Source: Candidatus Methanoperedenaceae archaeon (lineage in GTDB: Archaea > Halobacteriota > Methanosarcinia > Methanosarcinales > Methanoperedenaceae). From it: a DNA stretch of 64,000 nucleotides. The notes beneath the pieces are model-generated. The model ran no database searches. It worked only from the letters and a program-made list of their open reading frames with translations, and was not told the DNA's origin. Of this stretch, positions 1-11,536 are shown piece by piece (position 1 is the first letter of the stretch; each line of letters opens with the position of its first letter). The DNA lies in contig CAVWCX010000028.1 of assembly GCA_963753595.1 (NCBI GenBank), positions 1-64,000 of the forward strand. The letters run 5' to 3'. A program made the position numbers and the translations under genes.

Positions 1-4
1 GAAA

Positions 5-88
5 CGCCGAGGGGGGGATTCGAACTCCCGTGGGGCAGAGCCCCACAAGCTTTCCAGGCTTGCGCCTTAGCCGCTAGACTACCTCGGC
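5..88 (-). tRNA. tRNA-Ser (anticodon GGA)
   Basis: Reverse complement GCCGAGG...CCTCGGCG acceptor stem, anticodon arm CAAGC-CTGGAAA-GCTTG, long variable arm, T-loop GTTCGAATC; no encoded CCA (archaeal style). Confidence 0.96.
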
Positions 89-190
89 ATGCGAAAAAGC
101 ATCAAATAGCGGTATCGATACTTCTTGCCCTTAATACATATTTGAAGTATAAAAACCTGTTCAGGTTTTTAGGTTTCAATAAACAATTGC

Positions 191-1183
191 TTATGCCTTC
201 GCTTTCCATCCCTTAGGATATGTACCCGCTTCCAGAAGCACCCTGTCTGTACTAACAACGATCCCCGTCGCAGCTTTTAATATATCCATTGTCTTGCTCT
301 GCGCATTACCAAAGGACACTACCTCACCCTTTAGCGTAAAAACAGCAACCACATCGCCCTTTTCAATCCCAGTCTCAACAGAAAGAACTCCAGGCGCGGC
401 AAGACCCGCCCCATGGCAGACCGCATCCACAGAATTATCGCGTATAACTATCTTTGGAAGATGAGAAACCCCGAATTCCATGGGGCGGATAACTTTTCGC
501 AATACGCTTTCATTCCCGTTTTCCTTCCATTCAACATAAGCATCCTGCAGGTCCTGGAGAGTGATCATTGTTTCATCCTCACGGAAAGGACCTGATTTTG
601 TGCGCCGCAATTCCTGCATGTGCGCGCCTGTTCCCATTGCCATTCCCATATCGTGGCATAATTTACGAATGTAGGTCCCTGCCTCGCAACCTACCTTAAT
701 AAGTACATTATTATCCTCTATTTCGAGAAGCTCATTATAATAAATAGTTCTAATTCTTGTTTCTCGTCTTACCGCTGATTTAATTGAAGGTTTCTGGAAA
801 ATATCACCTGTAAACTCGGACATAACTCTTTTTATAACATTTTCCGGCATTGCCGTATGGAGTTTCATCAGGCAAACATACTCTTTCCCGGCGGTCAGAA
901 GACCATCAACGGCTTTTGTTGCGTCCTCAAGCATAACAGGAAGAAGACCGGTCACATTCGGGTCAAGAGTGCCGCTGTGTCCTGCTTTGTTCAAACACAG
1001 GACTTTTTTTACCCATGAGGTCACTTCATGACTTGTTGGCCCGGCGGGTTTATCAAGATTGATCGCTCCTTTTTTAATATATTCTTCAATTGGGCGATCC
1101 TCTGGTTTCTTACCATACTTATCGTCGGTCGTATCCTCGGATTTTATCAGTGTCTCTCTTTTTGTTTCAGATGGTAGTATCAT
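191..1183 (-). CDS. truB: RNA-guided pseudouridine synthase Cbf5/TruB
   Basis: DKPAGPTSHEV and GHSGTLDPNVTG motifs, GTYIRKL, C-terminal PUA domain. Confidence 0.96.
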   Translation of the reverse strand: MILPSETKRETLIKSEDTTDDKYGKKPEDRPIEEYIKKGAINLDKPAGPTSHEVTSWVKKVLCLNKAGHSGTLDPNVTGLLPVMLEDATKAVDGLLTAGKEYVCLMKLHTAMPENVIKRVMSEFTGDIFQKPSIKSAVRRETRIRTIYYNELLEIEDNNVLIKVGCEAGTYIRKLCHDMGMAMGTGAHMQELRRTKSGPFREDETMITLQDLQDAYVEWKENGNESVLRKVIRPMEFGVSHLPKIVIRDNSVDAVCHGAGLAAPGVLSVETGIEKGDVVAVFTLKGEVVSFGNAQSKTMDILKAATGIVVSTDRVLLEAGTYPKGWKAKA

Positions 1184-1701
1184 TTCAGGAAACCAACGCT
1201 TTTTTCTACAATTTCACTTATCTCTTGTGCGCTCCACTTACTTGAATCTATTACTATATCATAAATTGACAGGTCTTTAATATCCAGATCATAATATTTC
1301 AAATAACGCTCTCTTTCGCAATCTTCCCTTTCGGAAGTCTCTTCCATTGCTTTTGGCAAAGATTTATTTTCTCTCTTAGCAATGCGCTCTGCCCGAACTT
1401 CAAGAGGGGCTTTAAGCCATATCTTAAGGTCTGCATCTACAAGGAAACCGGAAAGCCTTCCTTCTATCAGGATATTATCTTTTTCATTTGCGATCTTTTT
1501 TTGCATCTCATCGATCTCACGGTCGATTTTTTCATTGCATTTGGCAATTTGCCCGAACTCATCAAGAGACATGCAGCGATCGTGCGCACATTTTCGGAAT
1601 ACATCCCCCATGGAAACCAGTTCAAGCCGAAGTTTCACAGAGAGTATCTTTGAGAGAGTACTCTTTCCGCTTCCGGGAGGACCACTGATCGTTATTTTCA
1701 A
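1180..1701 (-). CDS. cmk: Cytidylate kinase, archaeal type
   Basis: ITISGPPGSGKST P-loop, EGRLSG, conserved position upstream of cbf5. Confidence 0.93.
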   Translation of the reverse strand: MKITISGPPGSGKSTLSKILSVKLRLELVSMGDVFRKCAHDRCMSLDEFGQIAKCNEKIDREIDEMQKKIANEKDNILIEGRLSGFLVDADLKIWLKAPLEVRAERIAKRENKSLPKAMEETSEREDCERERYLKYYDLDIKDLSIYDIVIDSSKWSAQEISEIVEKSVGFLK

Positions 1702-2298
1702 TTATGTTCCACCTATATTCAATGCTTTCCGGGTCATCTGGCTGACAGGGATCGAACACAGGAAATACCAGAATAGCCAGTATTGGAATACCCAGAAAAC
1801 AGTTGCATCCAATTTCTGTGGTCCCCAGAAAGGGAATACCATTGTAGCATCAGGGTTCTGGCTGATAAGGAGATACACCCAGTAGAAAAGCGGGATGGAA
1901 ATAATACTTATATAAAGCATGGGTTTGAACTGCTGTTTGAACATTTCCATCTGGTCGCCCATCATTTCAGAATATTGTCCTTCTAATTTCTTTATTTTCG
2001 CAGCATTGTTGGATAATTGAGCCTCACGCATTTCTTTCTGGATAATTTTCGATTTCTCCTGGACGCGTTTCATTAATCCCCAGTCCATCGTATATTTCTG
2101 GACAAGTGATGCGTAAAGACCTGTGAAAGCCGCCAGTATGAAAATAATCATGTGGATCGGCAGATCCCCAAATAATGGTTTTAAAAGAGTATCCATCATG
2201 TTGCCTATTGTGTCCCTCATTCCGGGAAACATAATAATGCCAAACATTAAAAAAATACCCAGGACCATTACAAGCTTATTTAGTGTCTTTTTGACCAT
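1702..2298 (-). CDS. DUF106 / EMC3-TMCO1-like membrane insertase
   Basis: TM-coiled coil-TM layout, QFKPM and WYFLCS motifs, conserved adk-DUF106-cmk synteny. Confidence 0.88.
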   Translation of the reverse strand: MVKKTLNKLVMVLGIFLMFGIIMFPGMRDTIGNMMDTLLKPLFGDLPIHMIIFILAAFTGLYASLVQKYTMDWGLMKRVQEKSKIIQKEMREAQLSNNAAKIKKLEGQYSEMMGDQMEMFKQQFKPMLYISIISIPLFYWVYLLISQNPDATMVFPFWGPQKLDATVFWVFQYWLFWYFLCSIPVSQMTRKALNIGGT

Positions 2299-2938
2299 AT
2301 TCCTCCAATACTGTTTTTATTTCCTCGAAAATCTGTGATATCTCTTTGCTTCCATCAATTGTCCGAAGTATTTTTTTCCTGTCGTAATAATCTATCAATG
2401 GCTGCGTTTGTTTTTTATATACATTTAACCTGTTGCTTATGGCTTCAGGTTTATCATCGTCGCGCTGGTATAATTTCCCTTTGCATGCATTGCATATGTC
2501 TTCTTTTTCAGGGCGATTGAACATTACATGATAACTTGCCCCGCATTTGCACATTCTTCGCCCGGACAGGCGCTTTATGAGTTCGTTGTCATCCACCGAG
2601 ATATTAAGGACGGCATCTACCTTCTTTCCCGATTCGGTCAATATCATCTGCAAAGCATCAGCTTGCGGGATCGTCCTGGGATAACCATCTAACATAAATC
2701 CTTCATCGCAATCATTTTTTGACAACCTGTCCTTGATAAGGGTTATCAAAAGTTCATCCGGGACAAGCTCGCCCCTTGACATATAAGCTTTTGCCTTTAT
2801 TCCAAGACCTGTATTATTATTAATATTTTCACGCAGGATATCCCCCGTCGAAATATGGGGAAGTGAATAGTATTCCTGAATTTTTTTGGCCTGCGTGCCC
2901 TTTCCTGCTCCGGGCGGCCCAAGTAAAATAATATTCAT
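2276..2938 (-). CDS. adk: Adenylate kinase (NMP-kinase type with Zn lid)
   Basis: GPPGAGKGTQA, HISTGDILR, LDGYPRT, QRDDD; start taken at MNIILL. Confidence 0.95.
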   Translation of the reverse strand: MNIILLGPPGAGKGTQAKKIQEYYSLPHISTGDILRENINNNTGLGIKAKAYMSRGELVPDELLITLIKDRLSKNDCDEGFMLDGYPRTIPQADALQMILTESGKKVDAVLNISVDDNELIKRLSGRRMCKCGASYHVMFNRPEKEDICNACKGKLYQRDDDKPEAISNRLNVYKKQTQPLIDYYDRKKILRTIDGSKEISQIFEEIKTVLEEYGQKDTK

Positions 2939-3007
2939 CTCGATCAAATCCGTAATGGTAAGGTGTGTATAATAAAGCTTTTCAAAATATACGCCAAAAG
3001 AAAAAAA

Positions 3008-3226
3008 TCATTCAAGCAAATTCTTGCCTTTTGTAAAACCCACAATGGATGCAGATAATATGATCAAAACGATCAGGCCAACTGATATGTAGATCGTGGT
3101 CATGCGGTCTATATTTTTTAGCATTATCATATATAGAACATCTGATGTCCAGATGCCTATAATTAAGCCCATGAATCCAAAAACAATTGCATATACAGTA
3201 TTTTTGAAGAAATCTGATAAATTCAT
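3008..3226 (-). CDS. Small two-TM membrane protein
   Basis: Two hydrophobic helices; start chosen at MNLSD. Confidence 0.6.
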   Translation of the reverse strand: MNLSDFFKNTVYAIVFGFMGLIIGIWTSDVLYMIMLKNIDRMTTIYISVGLIVLIILSASIVGFTKGKNLLE

Positions 3227-3311
3227 AATCAATTGTGTATGGCATTTAGTCAATATTAATATATCGTAAGTATCACAAATTTAATAGTAGAACTGCCATT
3301 TTGAACCCCCT

Positions 3312-5774
3312 ATGACACCGCAAATTCTGGAATCTTATAAAAACCATATCACAGAAAGGCAAAAACTGGGAATTCCCCCGCTTCCAATGAATGCCGAAGA
3401 GGTTAAAGCGCTCTCACTCCTTGTTTTTGATCCCCCGGAAGGTTCACAGGATTTTATCATGGATATCCTTGAAAATCACATTCCGCCTGGTGTTGACCCT
3501 GCCGCTCTTGAAAAATCACATTTATTAAGAAAAATCGCCCTGGGCGAGAAAAAATCTAAAATGCTCACGCCACGCGAGGCAGTCTCCCTTTTAGGTATGA
3601 TGAAAGGCGGGTATAATATTGAGACGCTCATTGAATTGCTGGAAGATAAAGAACTCGCGGATGGGGCTGTTCTTGCCCTTTCAAATACGACCCTCATATT
3701 CGGTTTTTTTGACCGGATAAAAGAGCTTTCATCTACAAACCCCGGCGCAAAAAAAGTTCTTGAAAGCTGGGCAAGAGCGCAATGGTTTACAGGAGGACAG
3801 GGAATTCCCGAAAGACAAAAAGTGACCGTATTTAAAGTTCCCGGAGAAGTAAATACCGATGATTTTTCCCCGGCATCACGCGCCGGAACTCGCGCGGATA
3901 TCCCGCTCCATGCCCTCTCCATGTTTGAAAATCGTTATCCAGGCGCCATTCCTGAGATAAGCGAGCTTAAAAAGAAAGGATATCCGATAGCATTTGCAGC
4001 AGACGTTGTTGGAACAGGAAGCAGCAGGAAATCAGCTGCTAATTCCCTTATCTGGTGGATAGGGCAGGACATTCCCGGTGTTCCGAATAAGCGAAAAGGC
4101 GGGGTGATACTCGGAAGCCAGATAGCGCCAATATTTTTCAACACAGCGCGGGACAGCGGCGCTCTTCCAGTCAAATGTGATGTGTCGGCACTTAGATCAG
4201 GTGATGTAGTTATATTGGATTTCAAAAATGGGAAGATACTTGGTGAAAATGGGGAAGAGATCAAGCCATTTTGCCTTGAGCCTGAAACGCTGACAGATGA
4301 ATTCAGGGCAGGCGGAAGGCTTTCACTTTTAATAGGAAAAGAACTCACAAAAAAAGCACAAGACACACTTGATGTAAATTATGATATATTCATCAAATCC
4401 AGGGAACCCGGAACTTCAAATCGCGGTTACACACTGGCTCAAAAGATCGTGGGCAAAGCCTGCGGCCTTCCAGGCGTGCGCCCGGGGCAGTCATGTCTTC
4501 CAAAAATATCGACAGTCGGGTCACAGGATACAACAGGTCCGATGACAGCTGATGAGATCAAGGAACTTGTATGCCTTGAATTCCTGGCGCCTCTTGTTAT
4601 GCAATCCTTCTGCCACACAGCTGCATATCCAACGCCTGCTGACAAATCCATGCATAAAGAACTCTCGCAGTTTTTCAAAGACAGGGGCGGGGTTGCACTA
4701 AAACCAGGCGACGGGATTATCCATTCATGGCTTAACCGTATGATCCTGCCCGATACAGTTGGCACAGGAGGCGACAGCCATACAAGGTTCCCCATAGGTG
4801 TTTCATTTCCCGCAGGAAGCGGTCTTGTGGCATTTGCCGCCGCTCTTGGTGTAATGCCGCTAGACATGCCGGAAAGTGTACTTGTAAGATTTAAGGGCAA
4901 ACTAAAAAAAGGCCTGTACTTACGTGATGTTGTCAATGCCATTCCATATTTTGCATTAAAGCAGGGTAAGCTGACCCTTGTGAAAAAAAATAAAAAGAAT
5001 ATCTTTAATGGCAGGATACTGGAGATGGAAGGTCTTCCCGGCATTACTGTGGAGCAGGCATTTGAACTTACTGATGCAAGCGCAGAAAGGTCAGCCGAAG
5101 CTGCTGTGATCGCACTTTCAAAAGAACAGGTGGCACGATTCCTTGAAACGAACATATCAATTTTAAGATCGTTAATTGGGGAAGGTTATGCATCAAAGGC
5201 GCTTGAGATGCGAATAGCTGCCATGCAGGAATGGCTTAATGACCCCTCTTTGCTGGAAGCTGATCCTGATGCGCAATATTCAGAGATACTTGATATCGAT
5301 CTATCAGCTATAAATGAGCCGCTACTGGCCTGCCCTAATGATCCTGACTTTATAGAACCGTTATCGAAAGTGCAGGGAGTAAAAATTGACGAAGTATTCA
5401 TCGGGTCATGTATGATCGGGATAAAACATCTGGAAAGAGCAGCCAGGATACTTGAAAAAGCAGGCAGCATTAAAGCAAAATTATGGGTAGCGCCCCCAAC
5501 AAGGCTTATCGAAAAAAGTCTTAAAGAAACAGGTGGATATTCAAGATTAGTGGAACTCGGAGCAAGAATGGAAATTCCAGGATGCAGCCTTTGCATGGGG
5601 AACCAGGCAAGAGCGGCTGATAATTCCGTAGTATTTTCAACATCCACTCGTAATTTTGATAACCGCATGGGTAAAAACGCGCAGGTCTATCTTGGCTCGG
5701 CTGAACTTGCCGCGATCACTGCTGTTCTTGGCAGGATTCCAACGCTTTCGGAATATCATAAATTATTGGAATAA
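3312..5774 (+). CDS. acnB: Aconitate hydratase B / 2-methylisocitrate dehydratase
   Basis: N-terminal HEAT-like domain, GTGSSRKSA, GSQDTTGPMT, GGDSHTRFP, FIGSCM and PGCSLCMGNQAR Fe-S ligands. Confidence 0.95.
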   Translation: MTPQILESYKNHITERQKLGIPPLPMNAEEVKALSLLVFDPPEGSQDFIMDILENHIPPGVDPAALEKSHLLRKIALGEKKSKMLTPREAVSLLGMMKGGYNIETLIELLEDKELADGAVLALSNTTLIFGFFDRIKELSSTNPGAKKVLESWARAQWFTGGQGIPERQKVTVFKVPGEVNTDDFSPASRAGTRADIPLHALSMFENRYPGAIPEISELKKKGYPIAFAADVVGTGSSRKSAANSLIWWIGQDIPGVPNKRKGGVILGSQIAPIFFNTARDSGALPVKCDVSALRSGDVVILDFKNGKILGENGEEIKPFCLEPETLTDEFRAGGRLSLLIGKELTKKAQDTLDVNYDIFIKSREPGTSNRGYTLAQKIVGKACGLPGVRPGQSCLPKISTVGSQDTTGPMTADEIKELVCLEFLAPLVMQSFCHTAAYPTPADKSMHKELSQFFKDRGGVALKPGDGIIHSWLNRMILPDTVGTGGDSHTRFPIGVSFPAGSGLVAFAAALGVMPLDMPESVLVRFKGKLKKGLYLRDVVNAIPYFALKQGKLTLVKKNKKNIFNGRILEMEGLPGITVEQAFELTDASAERSAEAAVIALSKEQVARFLETNISILRSLIGEGYASKALEMRIAAMQEWLNDPSLLEADPDAQYSEILDIDLSAINEPLLACPNDPDFIEPLSKVQGVKIDEVFIGSCMIGIKHLERAARILEKAGSIKAKLWVAPPTRLIEKSLKETGGYSRLVELGARMEIPGCSLCMGNQARAADNSVVFSTSTRNFDNRMGKNAQVYLGSAELAAITAVLGRIPTLSEYHKLLE

Positions 5775-5890
5775 GCATTGCTCTGGCAGAGAGCACTTTT
5801 ATTTTTTCGGGACTACACATTTTTATTTTTTTGTCAAAATATTTAAGAGAAAAGGATTTAAATATACGTTACTTCAATTAAATTATATAA

Positions 5891-6151
<261 letters not shown>

Positions 6152-6190
6152 ACCTATCCCTTAACCGAAATAATACCAAAAATATTAGAG

Positions 6191-7588
6191 CTATTTGATA
6201 CTTAATCCGAACTCACCCAGCCTCTCCTTTGCTGCTTCTCTTTTCTCCTGGTGGTCTTTCAGGAATCCACGCATTAGCTCTGCCGTAAATTTCTTGCAAT
6301 TTCCGCATACTCGCGTTCCTCCCACACAGTCCTTATACACCTCCAGAAGCTCATTATCGTCCTCGACAAGATGATACAGCATTAACTCATACACGCTGCA
6401 TTTATCGGGCTCGCCGCCAAGCTTTTTCTGCTCTTCAAGCGTCACCCTGCCGCCCGTTATTGCCCGCATTACTTTCTTTGCCCCATCTTCGGGTTTGTCC
6501 GTGAGGGCTATATAACTTTCAGGGATGCTGCTTGACATTTTGCCGCCCTGCAAGCCGGTCATGAATTTGTGATATGTGGATGCGGGGGGCATGAAGGCGT
6601 AGCCGCCGAGTTCATCAGCAACCTCCATTACGACCCTACTAACTTTTGGCAATAGATCATCACAAGGAGTTTTTATACAAGCAATCTCTATATGCCCTGT
6701 ATATTGATTCATACTGTCTTCTTTATCATCAACCGATATACCTTCTTTAGCTATGATTTTTTCCTTCAGTAGACGCTTTTTAAGATAGTTAAAATCATTT
6801 TCAGTTTTCATTATATCGGAGGTTGGTGATTTTGAATAAATGTGTATCATTCCGTTGAAATGATGAGTTTTAGGGGGGCCTGGAAAAACGTGGAACTTAT
6901 TAATCTTATCAGCAAGCCCTCTTGTCAGCCTGATATGGGGGTCCTGGTCTGCGCCAACCGGAATCACAACTGGTTTGGGACCGCCGAATTCCTTCAATTG
7001 CGGATGCAGGATATCAGCACTCTGCGTAAGCGCGCTAACCATGTGTGCAATGTTGGTCTCTCCCGAAAAACCATATATGGCAGAAAGCTCAGAGAAATTC
7101 GCTTTAATGCCTAGTTCGAATGACAGGTCTCTCACTGGCTTGAATCCTGACTGGAAATAAATATGAGCACCCGGCTTAAGACCAAGAGCGATAGCGCTTA
7201 ATATATACTCATTTATTCCCAGTTCCCGGCACTCCTTCCAGCTCTTTCCCCTCACAGCATGCGCTTCCATATCCGCAATAGCAAGGAACGCATCCCCCCC
7301 CTGCTGCTGGTGCCAGATGATCTCTTCCATGACCATTTTATGCCCCAGATGTGCTTTTCCCGTAGGCATAAATCCGCTCATTGCCGCAAAAGGTTTTCCC
7401 GAGAGCATTGCCCCAAGAACAGAATCATAGCTCCTGTGACCGAATATAACATGCCTGCGCATGTACCTGTGCGGATTCTTTATCTTTCCGAGGAGGTCAT
7501 CAAACTTTGAAATCCCGAACTCATCAAACAGTTTTGAATAATTATCGATTTTGACAGCGCCCCATGGGTCAAGAGTAGTCATGTGCAC
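6191..7588 (-). CDS. trpS: Tryptophan--tRNA ligase
   Basis: HLGH (HIGH) and KMSSS motifs, PVGADQDPH. Confidence 0.96.
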   Translation of the reverse strand: MHMTTLDPWGAVKIDNYSKLFDEFGISKFDDLLGKIKNPHRYMRRHVIFGHRSYDSVLGAMLSGKPFAAMSGFMPTGKAHLGHKMVMEEIIWHQQQGGDAFLAIADMEAHAVRGKSWKECRELGINEYILSAIALGLKPGAHIYFQSGFKPVRDLSFELGIKANFSELSAIYGFSGETNIAHMVSALTQSADILHPQLKEFGGPKPVVIPVGADQDPHIRLTRGLADKINKFHVFPGPPKTHHFNGMIHIYSKSPTSDIMKTENDFNYLKKRLLKEKIIAKEGISVDDKEDSMNQYTGHIEIACIKTPCDDLLPKVSRVVMEVADELGGYAFMPPASTYHKFMTGLQGGKMSSSIPESYIALTDKPEDGAKKVMRAITGGRVTLEEQKKLGGEPDKCSVYELMLYHLVEDDNELLEVYKDCVGGTRVCGNCKKFTAELMRGFLKDHQEKREAAKERLGEFGLSIK

Positions 7589-7620
7589 TATTCAGGGCTT
7601 ATATATATGTAAAGTTTATC

Positions 7621-7652
7621 GTAAACTACCCCGTCCTTTCGGACAGGTTTCG
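7621..7652. repeat. Hairpin resembling an IS200/IS605-family end
   Basis: GTAAACTACCCCGTCC-TTTC-GGACAGGTTTC; similar to GTCAACTACCCC-hairpin ends; no transposase adjacent. Confidence 0.4.
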
Positions 7653-7839
7653 ATGAATCAACTAAAAATTTCTGTTTTCAAAATAGAAAAATATATACGT
7701 TAGAAAATGAAAGTATATTATGGATAGGTAAAACCACTTTAGGTTTTGTCTAACTTAAAAAGATTTTTTCGTGCAAAACGGCAAAACGGGGAAGAAAACG
7801 GGTATATTCAAACCTTGCGAGTAGCAGAAAGGTTCTGGT

Positions 7840-9282
7840 ATGATAGTTACAAAGCATATATCCATTGACAAAGAATGTGTTGAGAAATTGAAACCGCAAC
7901 TGGAAAGACATAATGGCAATTTCAGCGCGGCAATAAGAGAGATTATCGATCGTAACGGAAAATCCATTTTTCCTGATAATTCATCGGCAATAGATACTTC
8001 TCTCTTAAAATGGATGCTGACAGAGATCGATGGCACACTTATCCCCGACAATATACTGGATGAATTACTGGATCCGGCATTGATCAATTCAATAAGGAAA
8101 CTGGAAGATTGCCTTAACTGCAGGTTCAGGGAACTTGAATGGGATATTGATATTGAATTCAAATATGATAACGATACATTACCAACAGGTGTCTTAATAG
8201 AATTAAGAGGAGAAACTCATAAGTTACGAACTGTCGCCCGATTATTATCCCAATATATGGTTAAGAATTCTCTTGAAAAAATACCTCTTGAGATAATGTC
8301 TGTTTTTAATATTAATGAATGTATCAGGATAGAACTGGCCAGATCTACTAAAAAAGAAGCAGCAAATAGCCTTCTTATTTTTTTTGGGGGTATGGATGAG
8401 GTAATAAAAGGAATAAAAAGCCGCCCTGCATTCTGGAAAGCAATAGTTAAAAGACACCTTTTGAGTAATTATAATATGGTCACTGTTCACAGGAATTTCT
8501 TTGAAGACCTGCTTTCCAATAATATACCGCTTGGTGAAATAAGTATCGAAAGCATGGCAAAAAAACCGATACAGGAAATACCATTAAAAGAGATGCTCTT
8601 ATTGATAAAAGATGTTTATGAAACTTCCAGGGTAATTGATAAGGTGGAGATCGATAATGAAAATTTAATAATATTCCATAGTTACAGGTCCAATGAAGCC
8701 ATTGAAAAAATAAAAAAGACACTTGTCCTGCTTTTAGAAGCAAACGGTCATTTATTTGATCCCAAAACAACGGCCAATATGATAGTATTGACCCACAGGC
8801 CTGATGTAGGCCTGAAAGTCGCTGAGATTATTGATCATCTGAAAACAAGTAATACAAGTTTTGATAAGGAATTGCTAATGTTCATGACTTTTTTAAAAGG
8901 ATTAAGGAACATCCCGGATATCCCATTATCCTTTACAGCTTTAGGACGAAAGATCGGAACTTCTTTAATGCAGGAATATGAAAAGGAGAACGGCATCAAG
9001 AACTGGGACCTGGAAACATTTAAAACTGTTTTTGAAATAATAAATTCAAAGATCCATACCGAAAGTGAATGGAAATTAGATGGAAAAAATCTGCTATATA
9101 CGATAAGAAAATGCCATATAGCCACCGAAGGGAATAAATTTGACAAATATATATGCAATACGTCAAGGGAAGCCTTCAAGGGTGCGCTGAATTATGCTTT
9201 TGGGAACAAGGCTATATTGGAGATCAAAAAATTGATATCTCATGGGGATAAAATGTGTGAAGTTGTCATAAGGCTGCCTTGA
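7840..9282 (+). CDS. Hypothetical protein with N-terminal ribbon-helix-helix-like segment and C-terminal 4VR/methanogen-output-like domain
   Basis: KHISID...FSAAIREII start; C-terminal C...C...GD..CEVVI pattern. Confidence 0.6.
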   Translation: MIVTKHISIDKECVEKLKPQLERHNGNFSAAIREIIDRNGKSIFPDNSSAIDTSLLKWMLTEIDGTLIPDNILDELLDPALINSIRKLEDCLNCRFRELEWDIDIEFKYDNDTLPTGVLIELRGETHKLRTVARLLSQYMVKNSLEKIPLEIMSVFNINECIRIELARSTKKEAANSLLIFFGGMDEVIKGIKSRPAFWKAIVKRHLLSNYNMVTVHRNFFEDLLSNNIPLGEISIESMAKKPIQEIPLKEMLLLIKDVYETSRVIDKVEIDNENLIIFHSYRSNEAIEKIKKTLVLLLEANGHLFDPKTTANMIVLTHRPDVGLKVAEIIDHLKTSNTSFDKELLMFMTFLKGLRNIPDIPLSFTALGRKIGTSLMQEYEKENGIKNWDLETFKTVFEIINSKIHTESEWKLDGKNLLYTIRKCHIATEGNKFDKYICNTSREAFKGALNYAFGNKAILEIKKLISHGDKMCEVVIRLP

Positions 9283-9470
9283 AAAATATAATAGAATTGC
9301 TTTTTTATAAATTGGTCATGTGGCGGATAAAGTTCATATTCAAAAAGAATGTGTCGTAAAATGTTCATAATTTAAAGAACCTGACGCAACAGGTTCATAA
9401 CCGCTAAATCCGTCACCAAATATTCTTTTAACATTGCCATTACATAATTATCATAGAGAGATGATAATGT

Positions 9471-9779
9471 ATGGATGATCGGATTAAATACATCGCAGGC
9501 CTGTTACTGGGCGGTGGCTCTATGATAGCGGGATATTATTATCCGGCTGAAACATTCATCGCGTTTACAGCAGGATGGTTGTTCATAATCCCGGCAGCAT
9601 TCATTGCATATATGATCTATGGTTATGCAGTCTATATGAGTGAAAGGAAGCACAGGATAGAAGTGACCATGAAACCCACAGAGGCAATGAAAGCCATTGG
9701 CCGCCGTGAAATGGAACTAAGGAGAGAAAAGGAAAAAATCCTTTTTGAAGAATCAGGTAAAAGTATTCGACAATTGTAA
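9471..9779 (+). CDS. Hypothetical membrane protein
   Basis: Two TM helices followed by a charged tail. Confidence 0.6.
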   Translation: MDDRIKYIAGLLLGGGSMIAGYYYPAETFIAFTAGWLFIIPAAFIAYMIYGYAVYMSERKHRIEVTMKPTEAMKAIGRREMELRREKEKILFEESGKSIRQL

Positions 9780-10010
9780 ACATTTCAATATTTTTTGGAA
9801 TACGGTTTCATTTCCTGCATAAACGCTCATGAGGTTTCGCCTCATGCATGAAGCATGAAAAACTTTTTTGCTTTTTCTGTCACTTATATCCTTGATAATG
9901 GGCAGTGAAGGCTGTTTTCTTTTTGGGACTTTGATCTCGTTGCATAAACTAGCCATTATCATTTCTCGTATGCATGAGTGCGTCTTTGAACGGTAGAAAA
10001 AAGACGCACA

Positions 10011-10641
<631 letters not shown>

Positions 10642-11248
10642 AAGGTTCTTCTTGCGTATTCTTGCAAAGAAGGGAAAGAAGCTTGGTTCGGTCATAACGA
10701 AAGATGGTTACATTATTCTTTACGGGAGTTTACAGAAAACATTTGGTTCGATAGATAATCCTTTTATCAATGGATTGGAGGGTTTCTTTTCGCTTGAAAG
10801 TTCTGTCGATGATGAACCAGAAAAAATTCTTTCTCTTTATAAAGTAGGGATAAAGCTGAAAAATTCATTCGTGGTTTAAAAGACGGGTTAGAGTTGAGAC
10901 CGATACGACATTGGAGTCGTCTTGCAGTTATAGGCTATCTGCTGCTTACGTTCCTCACGAATTTCCTTGTCAATTTGACACTTTATTTAGCTAAAAAACC
11001 AATGGTCAGAGACATAAGGTTACTCAGGAAATTCCTGAACATTTTGACACTTACTGTGGCATACCCTCCAAATGGCTTCAAATTTACTGTACTGTCAAAC
11101 ATTTCAAATGAAGTAAAAAGCCTTTTTGGAGATTTTATCAAAAAATATGAGGATAATAGTCTGAAATTACGCTGGTAAAAAGCCATCTGGCAAATTGTAT
11201 AAAGGTATAAAAATTCGTGTCACTTAGCCATAGGTGGCGAAGTTAAGT
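10642..11248 (+). pseudogene. IS1634-family transposase 3' fragment
   Basis: [11 protein letters not shown] and ELRPIRHWS segments, similar to the C-terminus of 17545..19002; frameshifted. Confidence 0.7.
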
Positions 11249-11536
11249 TGTTATGATGGCATTAGCTATCAGACGGTTGAAGTGGAAAAGAAATGTTTTT
11301 CATGGGAAATAAGTCCATTAGAGTCACCCCTCTTTTCCAGGATACATAAGGTTCAAAATATGCTTAAATATCGGAAAAAAACTACAAGTTAATCGAAGTC
11401 CTCAACTATGATAATGATACGTATTATTATTTAATTTAATTAATAATTCAAGAAACATTTAAATAGTTTAGTATTGTTTAATATAGTATATTAGATAGGT
11501 AAAAAGGTATTCTGAAGACGTAAAGAACAAAAATAT

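Noticed and set aside
151-170. Perfect palindrome AAAAACCTG-TT-CAGGTTTTT between cbf5 and the tRNA
   Set aside because: Single short hairpin, plausibly a terminator or binding site; nothing further supports a call.
2276-2938. Bacterial-type adenylate kinase as a recent horizontal transfer
   Set aside because: This type is normal in Methanosarcinales and sits in the conserved operon.
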